NCBI GenBank assembly: GCA_965202585.1 | Contig: OZ241832.1 | Span: 46,252,001-46,316,000 of the forward strand | DNA: 64,000 bases | Source: Thalia democratica | Taxonomy: Eukaryota | Direction: 5' to 3' | Shown here: positions 41,901 to 58,566 of the stretch, piece by piece | Layout of the letters: each line of letters starts with the position of its first letter | Position numbering within the stretch: the stretch's first letter is position 1 | Notes under the pieces: generated by a model | What the model was told of the DNA's origin: nothing | Seen by the model: the letters and a program-made list of their open reading frames with translations, nothing else | Database searches by the model: none | Position numbers and translations under genes: made by a program

Positions 41901-43768
41901 AGAAATCATAGCAAGCTTAACTATTTAACTAACAATGGAAAGCGATAAAATATAAATTTAAAGTGAGATGTGGTGTTCTTGGATCGTTTATAAGCATAAA
42001 GTGGATTAAGAATGAAATTGTGTGAGTTTAGTAGACATTAGCAGCTTGTATAACTGATTGGTGGTGCACGTAAGCTTTAGACTTATGGAAAGAATGATTA
42101 CAGTAGTTTTTATTTGTGTCATGTACAGCCTAAAAACGAGATACAAAAAATGGTAACAACTTTTTTTCTTTGTATCATGTTTTTATGTGTAGTTGTTTTT
42201 ATTTGATAAAGCCACTAACAATTTGAGTTGAACACACCATCCTAAGGTTAATACAAATATTTCAACAGTACTGTTAAATTGTTGTTATACTTAAATTGAA
42301 TGTTTGTTTGAAAAAACGCTGTTTTTTACATAAATGAATTGTACAACTTTTAATAACTTTTTAACGGTTTCAGTTGCATTCTTATTAACAAGATTAATAC
42401 ATTTTGAAAATAAAATCCAAGTTTAGTTGCTGTAATTGAGTCAAGTAAGTATATATTATTGCAAAGTTAAGTTTTTCTCTCATTGTAATTGAATGTATTA
42501 TTTTCATTCAAACTTTTATTTTTACTTTTAAGTGACATAGCACTATTTCTTTTAATAAACAAAATTCAAATTTTTTTAAATGTTTGAAAAACAAGTCCAC
42601 AAAGTAGAATGAATCAAAACAAGTTTTGTTTAAACAAGAAAATGCCTATGGAAATTTTTACCTAACACTTAGATACTAAATATTATTCCACAGTTTAAGC
42701 AATGATTTCAAACATAACTAGCTCTTTCTCAAAAAGAGTTTCATCAAGTAAAAGTAAAAAAAAAACTATAGTAAGTGTAACTAAGTGGTAAGACAGGAAA
42801 ACAGGGATATTATCACTCATAAGTAAACTGTATTATCCAAGTATACTAACTGTTAATCCACCAACACAATGTAGATTAAGGTTTGTACATTTTGTCGTTT
42901 TATTAAGGCTTGTTTGACACAGTTTAGAGACTCTAGTAGCTGGTTAAATCAATTGGTTGTCCTGATTACTTTAGATTTAAGGCAAATATAAACTAAACTA
43001 AAGCATTATAGTTGTTTTAGGTCATCAAGTTGTATCATATCTAGTTTTTACCTTAAAATATATGAAACAAGTGGTACAAGCTGTTACTTTTTTTCTTTTG
43101 TACCATGTTTCAGCTAATGAATTGACTTGTTTCATATGGTGGCGTTTTAACTTGACAATATATCTAAACAAGCTAAGTTTATGTTAGCTTTGTAAGAAAG
43201 AATAATTAACTGTACTTGAAAATCACACTTGTTATTTTTGTTCTGAACTTTTACTTCCATTTTTGTACTTTCAAAAACGTGTTCCACGGTTTCAATCGCA
43301 TTCAAAATGTTAAGAAGAACACACTTGAAAAGTTATAGCTCATTGTGTTACTTACAAACAACAAAAACTTAAAAAGATAATTTAAGTTGTTTTTTTTTTG
43401 TTATAAGTTGAACATAAAGTTTTTTTAAAAACGAATACACTTACTTACTGAATGTTTTAACAGAAGTTCAACAAATGAATAAGAAGTAGTTTTCTTTATA
43501 AAAAATGTTAAGAAGAAAATAACTTACGGACAATATATTCAAGTTAGTTAAACCTTTTTTGCAAATATTTTTATTGCTACTACTATTTTTTTCATGTTAG
43601 ATTTATTCCATAATGTAAGAGTTGAGTAGGACAAAATAGTTTGTCTTTTTATTTGTATAAATATCAATATGTTGGTATTACTGTTAAAGCAAATTTTACT
43701 TACAAGTAGTTATCTAATAGCTGGTTTTATTCAAATGGTGGTCCTAAAAAGGACCGGTTGTTGAGCAT

Positions 43769-44128
43769 TTATTTTGAGCTGGTGTATTTGGTAACAGCTT
43801 TAGTTCCTTCTGAAACTGCGTGCTTTGACAACTCGCCGGGGAGCAAGAGCCTGACAGCAGTTTGAATTTCGCGGCTGCTCACAGTTGACCTCTTGTTGTA
43901 ATGAGCCAAACGTGAAGCCTCTGCTGCAATGCGCTCGAAGATGTCGTTGACAAAAGAGTTCATGATTCCCATCGCCTTGCTGGAGATTCCGGTGTCGGGG
44001 TGCACTTGCTTCAAAACTTTGTACACGTAAATGCCAAAGCTTTGTTTGTGCCTCCTCCTTCGCTTCTTCTTGCCGTCGACCGGAGTGGTCTTGGCTACTG
44101 ATTTCTTCGCGCCTTTGGTAGCTGTCAT
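43769..44128 (-). CDS. H2B: Histone H2B (unit 5)
   Basis: Protein identical to unit 1. Confidence 0.97.
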   Translation of the reverse strand: MTATKGAKKSVAKTTPVDGKKKRRRRHKQSFGIYVYKVLKQVHPDTGISSKAMGIMNSFVNDIFERIAAEASRLAHYNKRSTVSSREIQTAVRLLLPGELSKHAVSEGTKAVTKYTSSK

Positions 44129-44270
44129 AATGATGAGTGAACTTGAGTCTCGGCGCTGGTATATATACTGAAAATTTATGCAAATTAGCAGTTCTGTACG
44201 CGAACGACCGCTTCTCTCGTTTGTCGTAAATGTTTTAGGTGGTCCTGAAAAGGACCTGGGATGTTTAAAC

Positions 44271-44651
44271 TTAGGCGGACTTTTTTGAAGCGGTCTTCTT
44301 AGGCAATAATACTGCCTGGATGTTTGGAAGAACACCACCTTGAGCAATAGTGACGCCTCCGAGAAGTTTGTTCAACTCTTCGTCGTTGCGGATAGCTAGT
44401 TGCAAATGGCGAGGAATGATCCTGCTTTTCTTGTTGTCACGAGCAGCGTTACCGGCAAGCTCGAGCACTTCTGCGCTCAAGTACTCGAGAACGGCAGCCA
44501 GATAAACTGGAGCACCAGCTCCGACTCTTTGGCTGTAGTTGCCAGTGCGCAACAGACGGTGCACGCGACCGACTGGAAACTGCAGTCCTGCACGAGAAGA
44601 CCTGCTCTTCGGCTTAGATTTGAGTTTTGATCCTTTACCACGTCCCGACAT
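44271..44651 (-). CDS. H2A: Histone H2A (unit 5)
   Basis: Protein identical to unit 1. Confidence 0.97.
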   Translation of the reverse strand: MSGRGKGSKLKSKPKSRSSRAGLQFPVGRVHRLLRTGNYSQRVGAGAPVYLAAVLEYLSAEVLELAGNAARDNKKSRIIPRHLQLAIRNDEELNKLLGGVTIAQGGVLPNIQAVLLPKKTASKKSA

Positions 44652-44830
44652 GTTGTTGTTCGAATGATTGTGCAATGTTACTTGCACAGCTACATATACA
44701 ACTCAAACCTAACCGCGACGAACGAAAAGCTAATTTGCATAAATCGTAGCTGCTACTTTAATTTGTCAATGGTTGCAAAATACATTTTATTGATATAGGT
44801 GGTCCTAAAAAGGACCGGTTCGCTAATTGT

Positions 44831-45205
<375 letters not shown>

Positions 45206-45327
45206 TTACGACAAAACTCATTTGCATACCAAAAAGAAACATCTTTAATTTACATTATTTCGTTTGGTTTTTGTCTCATTTTCAAAGTTTAAAGGTGGTC
45301 CTGAATAGGACCGGTTTTAGCCAATTC

Positions 45328-45840
<513 letters not shown>

Positions 45841-45921
45841 TTAGTAACACTGTTTACGTTTTAAATTTTGTTTATACTTTAATTGAGTGGTCCTGAAAAG
45901 GACCTTGGGTAAAAGAACAAC

Positions 45922-46507
45922 TTATTTCTTGCAGCTCTTCTTGGTACTTGCCTTCTTAGATGCTTTTTTGGCTGCCGGCTTCTTCTTTGTTACTTTCTTC
46001 TTCTTGCTTGCAGCTTTTTTAGATGCTGCCTTCTTAGGAGCACACTTTTTAGCAGGTCGCTTTTTGGCTGCTGGTTTTTTTGCTGCCTTCTTGGGAGCAC
46101 ACTTCTTCCACTCGTTTTTTAGCTGCGGTCTTCTTTACTGCTGGCTTTTTAGCTACTTTTTTTGTCCTCTTCTTGGGACCAGCAGCTGGCATTGGAGCAA
46201 GCTTGAACGAGCCAGAAGCGCCTTTTCCAGTAGTCTGGAGAAAAGCACCCTTGGTCACGCCGCTGGTAAGTGCTCTCTTCAAGTGAGAATTAGAAGCTGA
46301 GAGCTCAAGCTTGTAGGTTTCCGCGATAAACTTTTGTATCTTCTGGCGGGATGTACCTTTTCGTTCTTTCATTGCTCCCAGGGCAGAGCTGATCATTTCC
46401 CTGTAAGTCGGGTGTTCTGCCTTCTTGGCGCTTGGTCTCTTGGAAGACCTGGCCTTAACTGCGGCCGGTGCCGCTGCTGATGGTGCTGCTACTGCTGTTG
46501 TAGACAT
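45922..46507 (-). pseudogene. H1: Histone H1 (unit 5), frameshifted by a 1-nt insertion (real or sequencing error)
   Basis: acttcttccactcg at 46101-46114 versus acttcttcactcg in the other units. The ORF ends at 46049 (152 aa, tail EEVCSQEGSKKTSSQKATC). Confidence 0.7.
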
Positions 46508-48692
46508 TTTGTATGTTGATTAAAGAAAGCAAAACAATACTTTCAGCAGTTACTGACTGTGACGAATTGACTGTTGAGCAGTTTTGCTTTCTCAGGTACC
46601 TTTTACTGATTAATACGAACATTAGCGTGTGAGTTTAAAGCCTGTATGCTAATAAAAGCAAAGTTGCTTTACTACTAATGTTAAAAATGTTCCAGTGATA
46701 AAGAAACAAGACTTAGCCCGATCCAGAAGTGAATTTTTTTTTAAAGGTTAGCTTTAAAAGTCCAGAAAAACAGTCTAAATGCTACAGCACATCTCTCCAT
46801 TTAGTGAGATAAACCACAAATGAAACAAATTATACTACTACACACCCGACTTAGTTTTCTTAAGCTGAAAGGTTAAAGTAGTAAAGTTTTAGACAAGGAC
46901 AAGTGTTTTTTTTCATCTCAAGCTCAAGCAAAGTTTTATTATTTTATTTCCAGCCAGCTTTGTTAACCGTAAAACCCATGAAGTATGTTTAACTTGATTA
47001 CATTTTAAACTGTGCTGATTTGTAAAAAAAAACCGAAAAATGCACAAGTATTCGTTTTGTGTGATTTTACTAGTTATCATTACCTTAAATTTACTCATAA
47101 TAAAAAGGGTAGTACTAAAAAAATTAATTACACCATCTAATTCAATTTAACTACTTAAGTTTTAAGTTTGTTCTTGCACATACTAGTCACTTACCTTCTC
47201 AAAAACGCGCTGAACATATAAAAAGTTACAAACACATCAAAAGTTACAAACAAAAGTTTAAAAGCAAGTAGGTTTGTTTTAAAAAGTGCCAATAAGTTTA
47301 TGTAAAAAGAAAGTAGTTACACAGTTAAAAGTATTTAAAATAACTTTTCAAACTGTTTGTTTTAGTTTTTCAACAACGTTTTATCTGTTATACTCGAAAC
47401 TGAACTAAGACTTTTCTTTGCAGATTTTACAAATAGATTTGATCGTAACTTTCCAAAGCAAGATAAAACTGTTTACATTTAAATAAACATCAGTACTGTT
47501 CAAAGAATTTTTGCAAGACCAAAATATCAATACGAAGTTATTAAAAAGTTTCTTATCAATGCTTATTACGAGAAGAAAAGTCTTACGTAAAAAAAGATGT
47601 TAGGCTTATTTTTAAAGCATATTAAAAAAGAAGCGTTCCTAAACAAAAAAAAGTTAAAAATCAAACAGTATTGAAGCAATAATCTTTCAAAACTCATTTG
47701 AAAACCTTAATGTTTAGATAAACTTTCGTGTACAATCAGTACTTAAAAGGTTGCAATGTGTTTAACAAAGTAAATGTTTTTTAGAGTAATACAGTTAAAG
47801 TTTATTATTCCAAAGTTTGTTTCGTCGTTTCAAAACTAGATAAAACAAATTGAAACACCTTCACTACATATTTTGAAGCATCGTCAACTGATCAAAGAAA
47901 CAAAACTACAATTCGAGTAAAATAAAAATGACTTGACCAAATAATGAAGCAGTATGATCGAAGAAGTGTATACGTTTTAAGTTAAAGTATGTTTAACTCA
48001 ATTACAACTGCTCAACTACTAAAAGTAGCTTCTAAGTGTACTAAAAACTAGATTCACCGCAATGTTCTGCACAATGTAGGCAGTTGACTAAATGTTTTGC
48101 TATGATTAATTCTAAAAAGATTGTTAAACCATTACTAGTTATCTCTGACTTGGTATTAATGTTAATCCAAGCTCATTATAAACAAGTTATCTTTTGTTCT
48201 CAGGTGTTTCGAACACTTCTGTTGTAACAACAGCATTTGAGTTTGTAAAAACATGACCAATATGTTTTAGTTATTGCTTTGTCTTTTAATTTATGATCTT
48301 TTCTTATCTCAAACATGTACATTGCTTAATCACTTATACTATCGTAGAACTTGTACAAACAAACTTAAGTAGTGTTAAACTACATATGCTTTTTAGTTTA
48401 GCTAATTAGTTATTTTGTATGTAGTATAAAACTAGTTAATTTCTGTCTTATAATGTTGCTATGTCGTTACACTGTAATGATATTGTGTACTCTAACAACT
48501 AAAAATCAAAGCTGAATAGTTTTATGAAGCTTGAAGCTAAGAAAAAAATGTGAAAAGTAAAGACTAGAAAGGCTTAATTTATTTTAATTAGTTAGAACAA
48601 AGTGGGCTCTAAACATAAGAAACACTTAAGCTAACATTCTACAAGTTTCAGACAGCTTATTTGTTTATGATCGCTTTTTTTTGCTGCTAGAC

Positions 48693-48803
48693 GCCTACGA
48701 CCATACCACACTGAACGCACCCCATCTCGTCCGATCTGGGAAGTTAAGCAGTGTCTTAGTACTTGATGGGTGACCGCTTGGGAATACCGCGTGCCGTAGG
48801 CTT
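48693..48803 (+). rRNA. 5S: 5S rRNA-derived gene, internally deleted (unit 5)
   Basis: Same sequence and deletions as unit 1. Confidence 0.92.
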
Positions 48804-51800
48804 TTCTTTTTGAGCTGTTGTATGTTGGATCAATGATTCATACCGATCATATACATTTTTCGTTTATCTTAAACTTATCTTACTTTAAAAAAACATAACT
48901 TAAAACAAACAGTTGAAGCAGTTTTGAGTCATCAAGTTGTGTCATACATAGTGTTCAATTGAGTTACAAAGCTGTATACTTCTTTTCCTTTGCATAACGT
49001 TTCAGCTGTTAGTATTTTTATGTATTGATGTTTTTATTTGAAAAATCCATAAGCTACTATGTTCAAAAAAAAAGTCTAGGGTTTGTAAAACGAAAGATTT
49101 AATGATGGTTGTACTGAAACTGTATGCTTTTGATTGTCTTTTTTTTGTTTTGAACAATCACAGTTGTTTACATTTATTTGTTGTATAACTTTGAAACTGT
49201 TTTTTATGTTAAGTTTTAAATTGAATTTCAACAAACATGATTAATATAGCTTTTTTAATTAAACCTCAAATGATCGAGTACTTTAATAATAATACAAAGT
49301 TTATTTAAAGTATAAAATAAAAACTAACTGTTTTATTTTAATTTCAAAATATAATCGTTACTTATAGTGACGTAGGACAAATTTTTAAAAACAAACTAAG
49401 TAGTTATTTAATGAAAAAAAAACAAGTATACAAAGTAAGCGTATATGAGAATAAGTTTTGTGCAAATAAAGAAGTTTTTAAGAAAAAGCCTACGGACAAC
49501 ACACTGAAGTTAGTTGAAGCTTTTTATGAAACATTCAATTATAACTTATTCATAGAACTTGTTCAACGATTTAAACAATACTTTTAAAACATAACTAGCT
49601 CCTTTCTCAAAGTAGTTGAAAATGGTCAGATAAAATTACAAAAGCAATTATAAGGAGCTCAAAAAGCGTTATGTTTTATTCAACTAGCTCTAACTCTTAC
49701 TTTTGATCTTTTACCAGCACAAAGTTGTTAAAATTGTACACATATTTTGTTTAGTTAATGGTAGTTTAATACTGCTTAGTAGACATTAAAAGCTAGTTAA
49801 ACAAATAGGTAGATTACCATAGATTTATAAAAAAGCATAGTAAAAAAAAAACTGTTAAAGCCGTTTTAAGCTATCAAATTTTATTATATGTGGCTTAGAT
49901 AAGTGATATGTACCATGAAAAAGTGATAGAATTAAATGATAACATCCTGTTACTTCTTTTGTACCAATTGATTTAGTTTGATTTAAATGTTGATGCTTTA
50001 ACTTGATAAAGCTATAAGCAATGTTAAATCAATTAAACAATGCAATTTTTTTAAAGTTAAAGACTCGAATTGTTCTTTTTTGTTCATGTTGTATACTTGT
50101 TGATGTTGTTTTTTGCTTATGTTTTTTATGAGTTTTAAATTGCAATGCATGTTTTCAATTGTGTTTTAGTTGAAGTTTGAAGTTTTCTGAAACAAGATCA
50201 AATAAAGCTGTGAACAATTTGAGTTCAATAAAACAGTTTTAAGCTTTGTAAAAAGATTTTGGTCGTGTTACTTCATGATTGTTGTACTGAGATCGCAAGT
50301 TTGTTAATGGTTTTCATTTTGACTTGAACATCTACTGTTGTTTACACATGTATATTTTACAACTCTAAACTGTTTTATATAGTTTGAAATACATGCAATA
50401 AATAGTAATAAAAAATTCTAGAAGCTATTGATGAGATTTTTTTATAATAAACAAACTTAAGCTTATTTTGTTACAATTTAATGTATTATTTTCATTTAAA
50501 AATATAACATTTTTTTACGATGACGTAGAATTTTTTTTTTTAGATAAACTAAATATTTGTTAGATATTGCAAAAAGAAGTAAACAAAGTAAGCATAGTGG
50601 GAATAAGTATTGTTTGAAAAAATAACTTAACGAGAAAATCCTATGGACACAAAAATCAAGTTAGTTAATGCTTTTTGCAAAAGTTTAATTACATGTAGCG
50701 TAAGAGACTTAAGCGATGCATTTTAATTGCAACTAGCTCCATCCTCACAAGTAGTTTAAAATGTCATGTAAGAGAACCAAAACAATTGTAAGTACAACAA
50801 AGTGACTAAAAAATAAAACATAAAAGTAAAACTTTAAGTAAAGTGTGTTATACAAACATTCTATATGAACTTTTACCTTGCTTTTGGGCTTTCACCAGCA
50901 CAAGGAACATTAAGTTTGGTACATTTTTGTCGTTTAGTTAGAGATTGTTTAACACTGCTTAGTGGGCATTAGTAAACAGTTAAATTAAGTGGTTGTCCTG
51001 ATAACTTTACATTTATAACAAAAATAACTAATGACAAACTGTTTAAGTCGTTTTAAGTCATCAAGTTGTCTCACATGTAGTTGTAACAAGTAACACAAAT
51101 GAATGGTAAGAAGCTGTTACTTCTTTTCCTGTGTACCATGTTTCAGCTAATGAATTGGTTTGTTTCATATGTTTGAATAGTTAAGCAACCTAATAAATAG
51201 AAGTCGTCTTTGGAAAATTATAGTTTTAGGTATATACTTTCATCATTTATTTAAGCTGTTTTTGTTTAGGTCAATTGTGTGCTTGTTGATAGTATTATGT
51301 TTCTTTTGAACAATCGATGTTGTTTACATTTATGTATTGTAATGTATGAATTTTGAATAGCTATGCATGTTTTTGATTGTAATTGAACAATACTTTTATG
51401 GAACGTTAACATTTTTTTTTTGTTGTTAACAGTTGAAAACATTTTCTATTAATATTTCAGTGAAGTTTTATTGTTATTATTTTCATTAAAAAATATAACT
51501 AGTTTTTACAGTGACGTAGCATAACTTTACTTTAATAAACTAAAAAACAAATAATTATTGAATGATAAACGAACAAAAGTCCACAAAATAAGCATGAATA
51601 AGAATGAGTTCCTTGATTAAATGAGATAACAAGAAAAAGACCACGAAAAACACGTTCAAGTTAGTTAAAGATTTTCACTAAGCATTCAAGTACCTTAAGC
51701 AATGAGTTAAGGATTAGAGCAGTGATCACACTAGTTTCCTTCGTAAAAGTTACATCAAAAACAAAGTAAAAGTGGAGAAATCATAGCAAGCTTAACTATT

Positions 51801-53643
51801 TAACTAACAATGGAAAGCGATAAAATATAAATTTAAAGTGAGATGTGGTGTTCTTGGATCGTTTATAAGCATAAAGTGGATTAAGAATGAAATTGTGTGA
51901 GTTTAGTAGACATTAGCAGCTTGTATAACTGATTGGTGGTGCACGTAAGCTTTAGACTTATGGAAAGAATGATTACAGTAGTTTTTATTTGTGTCATGTA
52001 CAGCCTAAAAACGAGATACAAAAAATGGTAACAACTTTTTTTCTTTGTATCATGTTTTTATGTGTAGTTGTTTTTATTTGATAAAGCCACTAACAATTTG
52101 AGTTGAACACACCATCCTAAGGTTAATACAAATATTTCAACAGTACTGTTAAATTGTTGTTATACTTAAATTGAATGTTTGTTTGAAAAAACGCTGTTTT
52201 TTACATAAATGAATTGTACAACTTTTAATAACTTTTTAACGGTTTCAGTTGCATTCTTATTAACAAGATTAATACATTTTGAAAATAAAATCCAAGTTTA
52301 GTTGCTGTAATTGAGTCAAGTAAGTATATATTATTGCAAAGTTAAGTTTTTCTCTCATTGTAATTGAATGTATTATTTTCATTCAAACTTTTATTTTTAC
52401 TTTTAAGTGACATAGCACTATTTCTTTTAATAAACAAAATTCAAATTTTTTTAAATGTTTGAAAAACAAGTCCACAAAGTAGAATGAATCAAAACAAGTT
52501 TTGTTTAAACAAGAAAATGCCTATGGAAATTTTTACCTAACACTTAGATACTAAATATTATTCCACAGTTTAAGCAATGATTTCAAACATAACTAGCTCT
52601 TTCTCAAAAAGAGTTTCATCAAGTAAAAGTAAAAAAAAAACTATAGTAAGTGTAACTAAGTGGTAAGACAGGAAAACAGGGATATTATCACTCATAAGTA
52701 AACTGTATTATCCAAGTATACTAACTGTTAATCCACCAACACAATGTAGATTAAGGTTTGTACATTTTGTCGTTTTATTAAGGCTTGTTTGACACAGTTT
52801 AGAGACTCTAGTAGCTGGTTAAATCAATTGGTTGTCCTGATTACTTTAGATTTAAGGCAAATATAAACTAAACTAAAGCATTATAGTTGTTTTAGGTCAT
52901 CAAGTTGTATCATATCTAGTTTTTACCTTAAAATATATGAAACAAGTGGTACAAGCTGTTACTTTTTTTCTTTTGTACCATGTTTCAGCTAATGAATTGA
53001 CTTGTTTCATATGGTGGCGTTTTAACTTGACAATATATCTAAACAAGCTAAGTTTATGTTAGCTTTGTAAGAAAGAATAATTAACTGTACTTGAAAATCA
53101 CACTTGTTATTTTTGTTCTGAACTTTTACTTCCATTTTTGTACTTTCAAAAACGTGTTCCACGGTTTCAATCGCATTCAAAATGTTAAGAAGAACACACT
53201 TGAAAAGTTATAGCTCATTGTGTTACTTACAAACAACAAAAACTTAAAAAGATAATTTAAGTTGTTTTTTTTTTGTTATAAGTTGAACATAAAGTTTTTT
53301 TAAAAACGAATACACTTACTTACTGAATGTTTTAACAGAAGTTCAACAAATGAATAAGAAGTAGTTTTCTTTATAAAAAATGTTAAGAAGAAAATAACTT
53401 ACGGACAATATATTCAAGTTAGTTAAACCTTTTTTGCAAATATTTTTATTGCTACTACTATTTTTTTCATGTTAGATTTATTCCATAATGTAAGAGTTGA
53501 GTAGGACAAAATAGTTTGTCTTTTTATTTGTATAAATATCAATATGTTGGTATTACTGTTAAAGCAAATTTTACTTACAAGTAGTTATCTAATAGCTGGT
53601 TTTATTCAAATGGTGGTCCTAAAAAGGACCGGTTGTTGAGCAT

Positions 53644-54003
53644 TTATTTTGAGCTGGTGTATTTGGTAACAGCTTTAGTTCCTTCTGAAACTGCGTGCTT
53701 TGACAACTCGCCGGGGAGCAAGAGCCTGACAGCAGTTTGAATTTCGCGGCTGCTCACAGTTGACCTCTTGTTGTAATGAGCCAAACGTGAAGCCTCTGCT
53801 GCAATGCGCTCGAAGATGTCGTTGACAAAAGAGTTCATGATTCCCATCGCCTTGCTGGAGATTCCGGTGTCGGGGTGCACTTGCTTCAAAACTTTGTACA
53901 CGTAAATGCCAAAGCTTTGTTTGTGCCTCCTCCTTCGCTTCTTCTTGCCGTCGACCGGAGTGGTCTTGGCTACTGATTTCTTCGCGCCTTTGGTAGCTGT
54001 CAT
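53644..54003 (-). CDS. H2B: Histone H2B (unit 6)
   Basis: Protein identical to unit 1. Confidence 0.97.
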   Translation of the reverse strand: MTATKGAKKSVAKTTPVDGKKKRRRRHKQSFGIYVYKVLKQVHPDTGISSKAMGIMNSFVNDIFERIAAEASRLAHYNKRSTVSSREIQTAVRLLLPGELSKHAVSEGTKAVTKYTSSK

Positions 54004-54145
54004 AATGATGAGTGAACTTGAGTCTCGGCGCTGGTATATATACTGAAAATTTATGCAAATTAGCAGTTCTGTACGCGAACGACCGCTTCTCTCGTTTGTC
54101 GTAAATGTTTTAGGTGGTCCTGAAAAGGACCTGGGATGTTTAAAC

Positions 54146-54526
54146 TTAGGCGGACTTTTTTGAAGCGGTCTTCTTAGGCAATAATACTGCCTGGATGTTT
54201 GGAAGAACACCACCTTGAGCAATAGTGACGCCTCCGAGAAGTTTGTTCAACTCTTCGTCGTTGCGGATAGCTAGTTGCAAATGGCGAGGAATGATCCTGC
54301 TTTTCTTGTTGTCACGAGCAGCGTTACCGGCAAGCTCGAGCACTTCTGCGCTCAAGTACTCGAGAACGGCAGCCAGATAAACTGGAGCACCAGCTCCGAC
54401 TCTTTGGCTGTAGTTGCCAGTGCGCAACAGACGGTGCACGCGACCGACTGGAAACTGCAGTCCTGCACGAGAAGACCTGCTCTTCGGCTTAGATTTGAGT
54501 TTTGATCCTTTACCACGTCCCGACAT
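54146..54526 (-). CDS. H2A: Histone H2A (unit 6)
   Basis: Protein identical to unit 1. Confidence 0.97.
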   Translation of the reverse strand: MSGRGKGSKLKSKPKSRSSRAGLQFPVGRVHRLLRTGNYSQRVGAGAPVYLAAVLEYLSAEVLELAGNAARDNKKSRIIPRHLQLAIRNDEELNKLLGGVTIAQGGVLPNIQAVLLPKKTASKKSA

Positions 54527-54705
54527 GTTGTTGTTCGAATGATTGTGCAATGTTACTTCCACAGCTACATATACAACTCAAACCTAACCGCGACGAACGA
54601 AAAGCTAATTTGCATAAATCGTAGCTGCTACTTTAATTTGTCAATGGTTGCAAAATACATTTTATTGATATAGGTGGTCCTAAAAAGGACCGGTTCGCTA
54701 ATTGT

Positions 54706-55080
<375 letters not shown>

Positions 55081-55202
55081 TTACGACAAAACTCATTTGC
55101 ATACCAAAAAGAAACATCTTTAATTTACATTATTTCGTTTGGTTTTTGTCTCATTTTCAAAGTTTAAAGGTGGTCCTGAATAGGACCGGTTTTAGCCAAT
55201 TC

Positions 55203-55715
<513 letters not shown>

Positions 55716-55796
55716 TTAGTAACACTGTTTACGTTTTAAATTTTGTTTATACTTTAATTGAGTGGTCCTGAAAAGGACCTTGGGTAAAAGAACAAC

Positions 55797-56381
55797 TTAT
55801 TTCTTGCAGCTCTTCTTGGTACTTGCCTTCTTAGATGCTTTTTTGGCTGCCGGCTTCTTCTTTGTTACTTTCTTCTTCTTGCTTGCAGCTTTTTTAGATG
55901 CTGCCTTCTTAGGAGCACACTTTTTAGCAGGTCGCTTTTTGGCTGCTGGTTTTTTTGCTGCCTTCTTGGGAGCACACTTCTTCACTCGTTTTTTAGCTGC
56001 GGTCTTCTTTACTGCTGGCTTTTTAGCTACTTTTTTTGTCCTCTTCTTGGGACCAGCAGCTGGCATTGGAGCAAGCTTGAACGAGCCAGAAGCGCCTTTT
56101 CCAGTAGTCTGGAGAAAAGCACCCTTGGTCACGCCGCTGGTAAGTGCTCTCTTCAAGTGAGAATTAGAAGCTGAGAGCTCAAGCTTGTAGGTTTCCGCGA
56201 TAAACTTTTGTATCTTCTGGCGGGATGTACCTTTTCGTTCTTTCATTGCTCCCAGGGCAGAGCTGATCATTTCCCTGTAAGTCGGGTGTTCTGCCTTCTT
56301 GGCGCTTGGTCTCTTGGAAGACCTGGCCTTAACTGCGGCCGGTGCCGCTGCTGATGGTGCTGCTACTGCTGTTGTAGACAT
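55797..56381 (-). CDS. H1: Histone H1 (unit 6)
   Basis: Protein identical to unit 1. Confidence 0.96.
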   Translation of the reverse strand: MSTTAVAAPSAAAPAAVKARSSKRPSAKKAEHPTYREMISSALGAMKERKGTSRQKIQKFIAETYKLELSASNSHLKRALTSGVTKGAFLQTTGKGASGSFKLAPMPAAGPKKRTKKVAKKPAVKKTAAKKRVKKCAPKKAAKKPAAKKRPAKKCAPKKAASKKAASKKKKVTKKKPAAKKASKKASTKKSCKK

Positions 56382-58566
56382 TTTGTATGTTGATTAAAGA
56401 AAGCAAAACAATACTTTCAGCAGTTACTGACTGTGACGAATTGACTGTTGAGCAGTTTTGCTTTCTCAGGTACCTTTTACTGATTAATACGAACATTAGC
56501 GTGTGAGTTTAAAGCCTGTATGCTAATAAAAGCAAAGTTGCTTTACTACTAATGTTAAAAATGTTCCAGTGATAAAGAAACAAGACTTAGCCCGATCCAG
56601 AAGTGAATTTTTTTTTAAAGGTTAGCTTTAAAAGTCCAGAAAAACAGTCTAAATGCTACAGCACATCTCTCCATTTAGTGAGATAAACCACAAATGAAAC
56701 AAATTATACTACTACACACCCGACTTAGTTTTCTTAAGCTGAAAGGTTAAAGTAGTAAAGTTTTAGACAAGGACAAGTGTTTTTTTTCATCTCAAGCTCA
56801 AGCAAAGTTTTATTATTTTATTTCCAGCCAGCTTTGTTAACCGTAAAACCCATGAAGTATGTTTAACTTGATTACATTTTAAACTGTGCTGATTTGTAAA
56901 AAAAAACCGAAAAATGCACAAGTATTCGTTTTGTGTGATTTTACTAGTTATCATTACCTTAAATTTACTCATAATAAAAAGGGTAGTACTAAAAAAATTA
57001 ATTACACCATCTAATTCAATTTAACTACTTAAGTTTTAAGTTTGTTCTTGCACATACTAGTCACTTACCTTCTCAAAAACGCGCTGAACATATAAAAAGT
57101 TACAAACACATCAAAAGTTACAAACAAAAGTTTAAAAGCAAGTAGGTTTGTTTTAAAAAGTGCCAATAAGTTTATGTAAAAAGAAAGTAGTTACACAGTT
57201 AAAAGTATTTAAAATAACTTTTCAAACTGTTTGTTTTAGTTTTTCAACAACGTTTTATCTGTTATACTCGAAACTGAACTAAGACTTTTCTTTGCAGATT
57301 TTACAAATAGATTTGATCGTAACTTTCCAAAGCAAGATAAAACTGTTTACATTTAAATAAACATCAGTACTGTTCAAAGAATTTTTGCAAGACCAAAATA
57401 TCAATACGAAGTTATTAAAAAGTTTCTTATCAATGCTTATTACGAGAAGAAAAGTCTTACGTAAAAAAAGATGTTAGGCTTATTTTTAAAGCATATTAAA
57501 AAAGAAGCGTTCCTAAACAAAAAAAAGTTAAAAATCAAACAGTATTGAAGCAATAATCTTTCAAAACTCATTTGAAAACCTTAATGTTTAGATAAACTTT
57601 CGTGTACAATCAGTACTTAAAAGGTTGCAATGTGTTTAACAAAGTAAATGTTTTTTAGAGTAATACAGTTAAAGTTTATTATTCCAAAGTTTGTTTCGTC
57701 GTTTCAAAACTAGATAAAACAAATTGAAACACCTTCACTACATATTTTGAAGCATCGTCAACTGATCAAAGAAACAAAACTACAATTCGAGTAAAATAAA
57801 AATGACTTGACCAAATAATGAAGCAGTATGATCGAAGAAGTGTATACGTTTTAAGTTAAAGTATGTTTAACTCAATTACAACTGCTCAACTACTAAAAGT
57901 AGCTTCTAAGTGTACTAAAAACTAGATTCACCGCAATGTTCTGCACAATGTAGGCAGTTGACTAAATGTTTTGCTATGATTAATTCTAAAAAGATTGTTA
58001 AACCATTACTAGTTATCTCTGACTTGGTATTAATGTTAATCCAAGCTCATTATAAACAAGTTATCTTTTGTTCTCAGGTGTTTCGAACACTTCTGTTGTA
58101 ACAACAGCATTTGAGTTTGTAAAAACATGACCAATATGTTTTAGTTATTGCTTTGTCTTTTAATTTATGATCTTTTCTTATCTCAAACATGTACATTGCT
58201 TAATCACTTATACTATCGTAGAACTTGTACAAACAAACTTAAGTAGTGTTAAACTACATATGCTTTTTAGTTTAGCTAATTAGTTATTTTGTATGTAGTA
58301 TAAAACTAGTTAATTTCTGTCTTATAATGTTGCTATGTCGTTACACTGTAATGATATTGTGTACTCTAACAACTAAAAATCAAAGCTGAATAGTTTTATG
58401 AAGCTTGAAGCTAAGAAAAAAATGTGAAAAGTAAAGACTAGAAAGGCTTAATTTATTTTAATTAGTTAGAACAAAGTGGGCTCTAAACATAAGAAACACT
58501 TAAGCTAACATTCTACAAGTTTCAGACAGCTTATTTGTTTATGATCGCTTTTTTTTGCTGCTAGAC

